Assembly (NCBI GenBank): GCA_010093605.1
Contig: MU004187.1
Coordinates: 1,974,882 to 2,038,881, forward strand
Source of the DNA: Lophium mytilinum
Lineage: Eukaryota
Direction of reading: 5' to 3'
Length of the DNA: 64,000 nucleotides
In this document: positions 61,147-64,000 of the stretch, one piece after another
How positions within the stretch are numbered: the first letter of the stretch is position 1
Layout: each line of letters opens with the position of its first letter
Made by a program: the position numbers and the translations under genes
Notes under the pieces: model-generated
What the model was told of the DNA's origin: nothing
Seen by the model: only the letters and a program-made list of their open reading frames with translations
Databases searched by the model: none

Positions 61147-62866
61147 ATGAAGATGATCTCCCTATTTGTTCTATTACTGTCTGCGTTGTCACCGAGTCCG
61201 ATTACGGCTCTTGTCCGCCCTCTCGATGTTGGCAAACTACCAGCACTGGGCTGGAACTCTTGGAATGCGTTTAACTGCGACATCAATGAGACCAAATTCC
61301 TTGTCGCGGCAAACAAGTTGGTCGATCTCGGCCTCAAGGACGTCGGCTACAACTACGTCAACATTGACGACTGCTGGCAAGTCAAAGACAAGCGAAACGA
61401 AACGACTGGACGCATGATCCCAGACCCCGACAAGTTCCCAGATGGCATCAAAGGCACGTCCGACAAAATCCACGCCCTGGGCTTGAAAATTGGCATCTAC
61501 AGCAGCGCCGGCACCAAGACGTGTGCTGGCTACGTTGCTAGTATCGGCAACGAATTAATCGACGCAACTACTTTCGCCGACTGGGGAATCGACTACCTGA
61601 AATACGACAACTGCAACGTCCCTGCCGAATGGGCCGACGAATGCGACGCTTGTGTGCCCGATTCTTGGGCGAGCCATTTTCGGCCAATCAAAAACGGAAC
61701 ATGTGCGTATAGTGTGCTCCATATATCTGTCGTCTTTCGGAATTCACTGCCTGTGCTGTTCTGAAGCCTCTTTCAAAATCGCGAGCACTAGATCCTATAT
61801 GCGTTCGTGTACTCCTATCCGAGGTGGAACAGCATATCTATCGGTGCTACAAATGATGACCTTCCGTTCGATTGAAAGCTTCAAACCTTGTCGCGAGAGT
61901 TTAATCTATGGAGGTTAGGTCTACAGAGACCGATGGCAAATGAATACACTAAATCAAAGCACCTGCTAACCCCTCTTAGGCACCGACAAAACCGGCCTAT
62001 GCCCTGACGGGTACGACTTCCACAAGTCCAACACCGCCGAAAGATTCCGCATCATGGGCGATGCGCTGAAAAAGCAAAACCGCACGATTCTCTACAGTCT
62101 TTGCGAGTGGGGCGAGGCTAATCCGTAAGTGACCTTACAATATATACCTAGTCCCATTTATCAATACGCACTAACGCATACTGGCACCCGCAGACAACAA
62201 TGGGGCAACGACACCGCCGCCTCCTGGCGCATGTCCGGCGACATCTCCCCCAGCTGGAGCCGCATTGTCGAAATTCTCAACGAGAACTCCTTCTACCTCA
62301 ACTACGTCGACTTTTGGGGCCACGCCGACCCGGACATGCTGGAAGTCGGCAACGGCGATCTCACGCCCGCCGAAACCCGCTCCCACTTCGCTCTCTGGGC
62401 CGCCATGAAGTCCCCTCTCCTCATTGGCACCGCCCTCGACAAGCTCTCCGACGCCAATGTTGCAATCCTGAAGAACAAGCACCTTCTCGCCTTCAACCAG
62501 GACGCCGTCGTCGGCAAGCCAGCTATGCCATACAAGTGGGGCACGAACCCGGACTGGACCTTCAATGCGACGTGGCCTGCGGAGTTCTGGGCGGGGGATA
62601 GCCAGGCAGGCGTCTTGGTCCTCTTGTTCAATCCAGCTGGAGAGACCGTAGAGAAGTTCGCGAACTTCACGGAGATTCCAGGCGTGACAGCGGGTGAGAT
62701 GTATGAGGTGGTGGATATCTGGACAGATACGAAGCTGGGCTGCTTTGGGGGCGGGGTCGTGGCGCATGTGGACAGTCATGATACCGCTGGGTTCTTGCTC
62801 AAAAAGGGGTGTGGGTATGGGTATGGATACAAGCGTGGGAAGAGGTCGAGTAGAATTTGGAGCTAG
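61147..62866 (+). CDS. Secreted alpha-galactosidase, GH27
   Basis: Signal peptide; [75 protein letters not shown]. Introns 61703-61979 and 62125-62193. Confidence 0.95.
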
Positions 62867-63448
62867 ACTAAGATTCGGTGATAGACGGGTAGTCTAGAGA
62901 CTAGGAGGGTTAATACACTAGAAAGTGCTCATCTTTCTCCAGATTTGTGTAATCCTCTTGAAGTGTGGAAGCAGTGATAAGCTGTTTAGTGTACACAAAA
63001 CTGCTGGCAAGACACTGTAGTTTTGTTTCTCATGCTAATGCCGAAGTGGTAACTCTTTATTAGAAGAAGCTCTACACATACTAACCAGCAGCACATAGAA
63101 AGACCAAACTCCTCCGCGCGAGAGACCAGGTAGAGGATCCCCAGAATGTATTTCTTTGCCAATGCAATACCGCACATTGCGTATCGCAGATAGATGCGCT
63201 TGAAGTCATCGCATATCATCTCACTCTGCCACTTCCAGGCACTGCATTAAAGCCGTCTGCGCAGACTCAAAGACATCTAAGGATGGCAAACCCCTTAATC
63301 TTTCAACAGCAAAGAAATTAGAGCCCATTGGAAACCAGAGAACTACACATCCCCCTTCATCATTAATAATCCACAAATCTCTTCAACTTCCAAAGCACCA
63401 CCCCACCTCCCCATGAAGACCCAGGTGCCCATTTCTTCATCCGTTTCA

Positions 63449-63773
63449 CTAGTTCCCACTCCCCTGCGCAGGCTTGAATGCTTTGATCCTCTGCTCCATA
63501 TACTTCGGGTCTAATAACGGCGACGGCATCGCGTATGGATTGAACTCCGTCACTGCACTATCATCAAAGACCATTTCGACCAATATAAGTTTTTCTGGAC
63601 TCACCTTTGAACTTTCGCTTGTTAGGTGAGGAGACAACGGGCAGGTCGCTCTGCACAGTTGCGGATTGCGTGGACGAAGTTGACGAGAGTGGGGTGGTGG
63701 GTTTGTGCAGGGGGGATTTAGAGAGGAGGGGGCGGGAGGATTTGGGCTTGGGGTTTTTGTCGATGGGAAGCAT
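63449..63773 (-). CDS. Small basic Ser/Pro/Lys-rich hypothetical protein (about 90 aa)
   Basis: MLPIDKNPKPK...NKRKFK; a GTGAGT donor near 63604 spliced to a CAG acceptor near 63553 joins it in frame to VTEFNPYAMPSPLLDPKYMEQRIKAFKPAQGSGN. No family recognised. Confidence 0.4.
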
Positions 63774-63936
63774 GACGGTGTCCGAAGAGGTAGTTTGGAT
63801 TGCTGGTTTCTGTATATAGAGGGCACGAAACAGGATAGGTGACATAGTTGTGCATTGAAATAGGTGGCTGGTAGATTAAGCTCCACTTTGCGTGTGATAG
63901 GAAATACGCAGGCTGTGACCTAGGAAGCACCACTTA

Positions 63937-63967
63937 ATTTCTACGCGAGACGCGTAAACGCGTCCCA
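63937..63967 (+). promoter_or_regulatory. Triple MCB element (ACGCGA, ACGCGT, ACGCGT)
   Basis: TTTCTACGCGAGACGCGTAAACGCGTCCCA, with two perfect MluI sites at 63950 and 63958. Confidence 0.65.
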
Positions 63968-64000
63968 CCTCAACCCAATGAACGTAATTGACACTACTTC

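Overview
Eukaryotic DNA from a filamentous ascomycete (Pezizomycotina): short GT-AG introns with CTRAC/CTAAC branch points and a gene-dense layout. About 23 protein genes can be supported. A housekeeping backbone (MET12-type MTHFR, PRP9, a GT15 mannosyltransferase, COX6, a fatty acid elongase, RTS1/PP2A-B56, TFC1, ADE6, TRA1, MCM5, a PAC4-like proteasome chaperone, con-6, a GH27 alpha-galactosidase) is interrupted by two accessory-looking blocks. Block 1 (about 4.7-13.9 kb) holds a secreted protein with shuffled repeats and dibasic sites, a HeLo-like-domain protein, and a single-pass membrane protein with a possible GrpE/MIEAP-like C-terminus transcribed divergently from an atypical HSPA12-like Hsp70; this is the best candidate for an undescribed system. 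Block 2 (about 48-54.3 kb) holds a 2OG-Fe(II) dioxygenase and a divergent DUF3433/DUF2235 pair. Notable non-coding signals are a 12-13 bp phased GCGGAG array, twin triple-MCB elements, a uORF ending 2 nt before TRA1, and a 29-bp minisatellite. No tRNA, rRNA, CRISPR array or transposon could be supported. All calls come from motif recognition by eye; no database search was run, and intron boundaries are manual.
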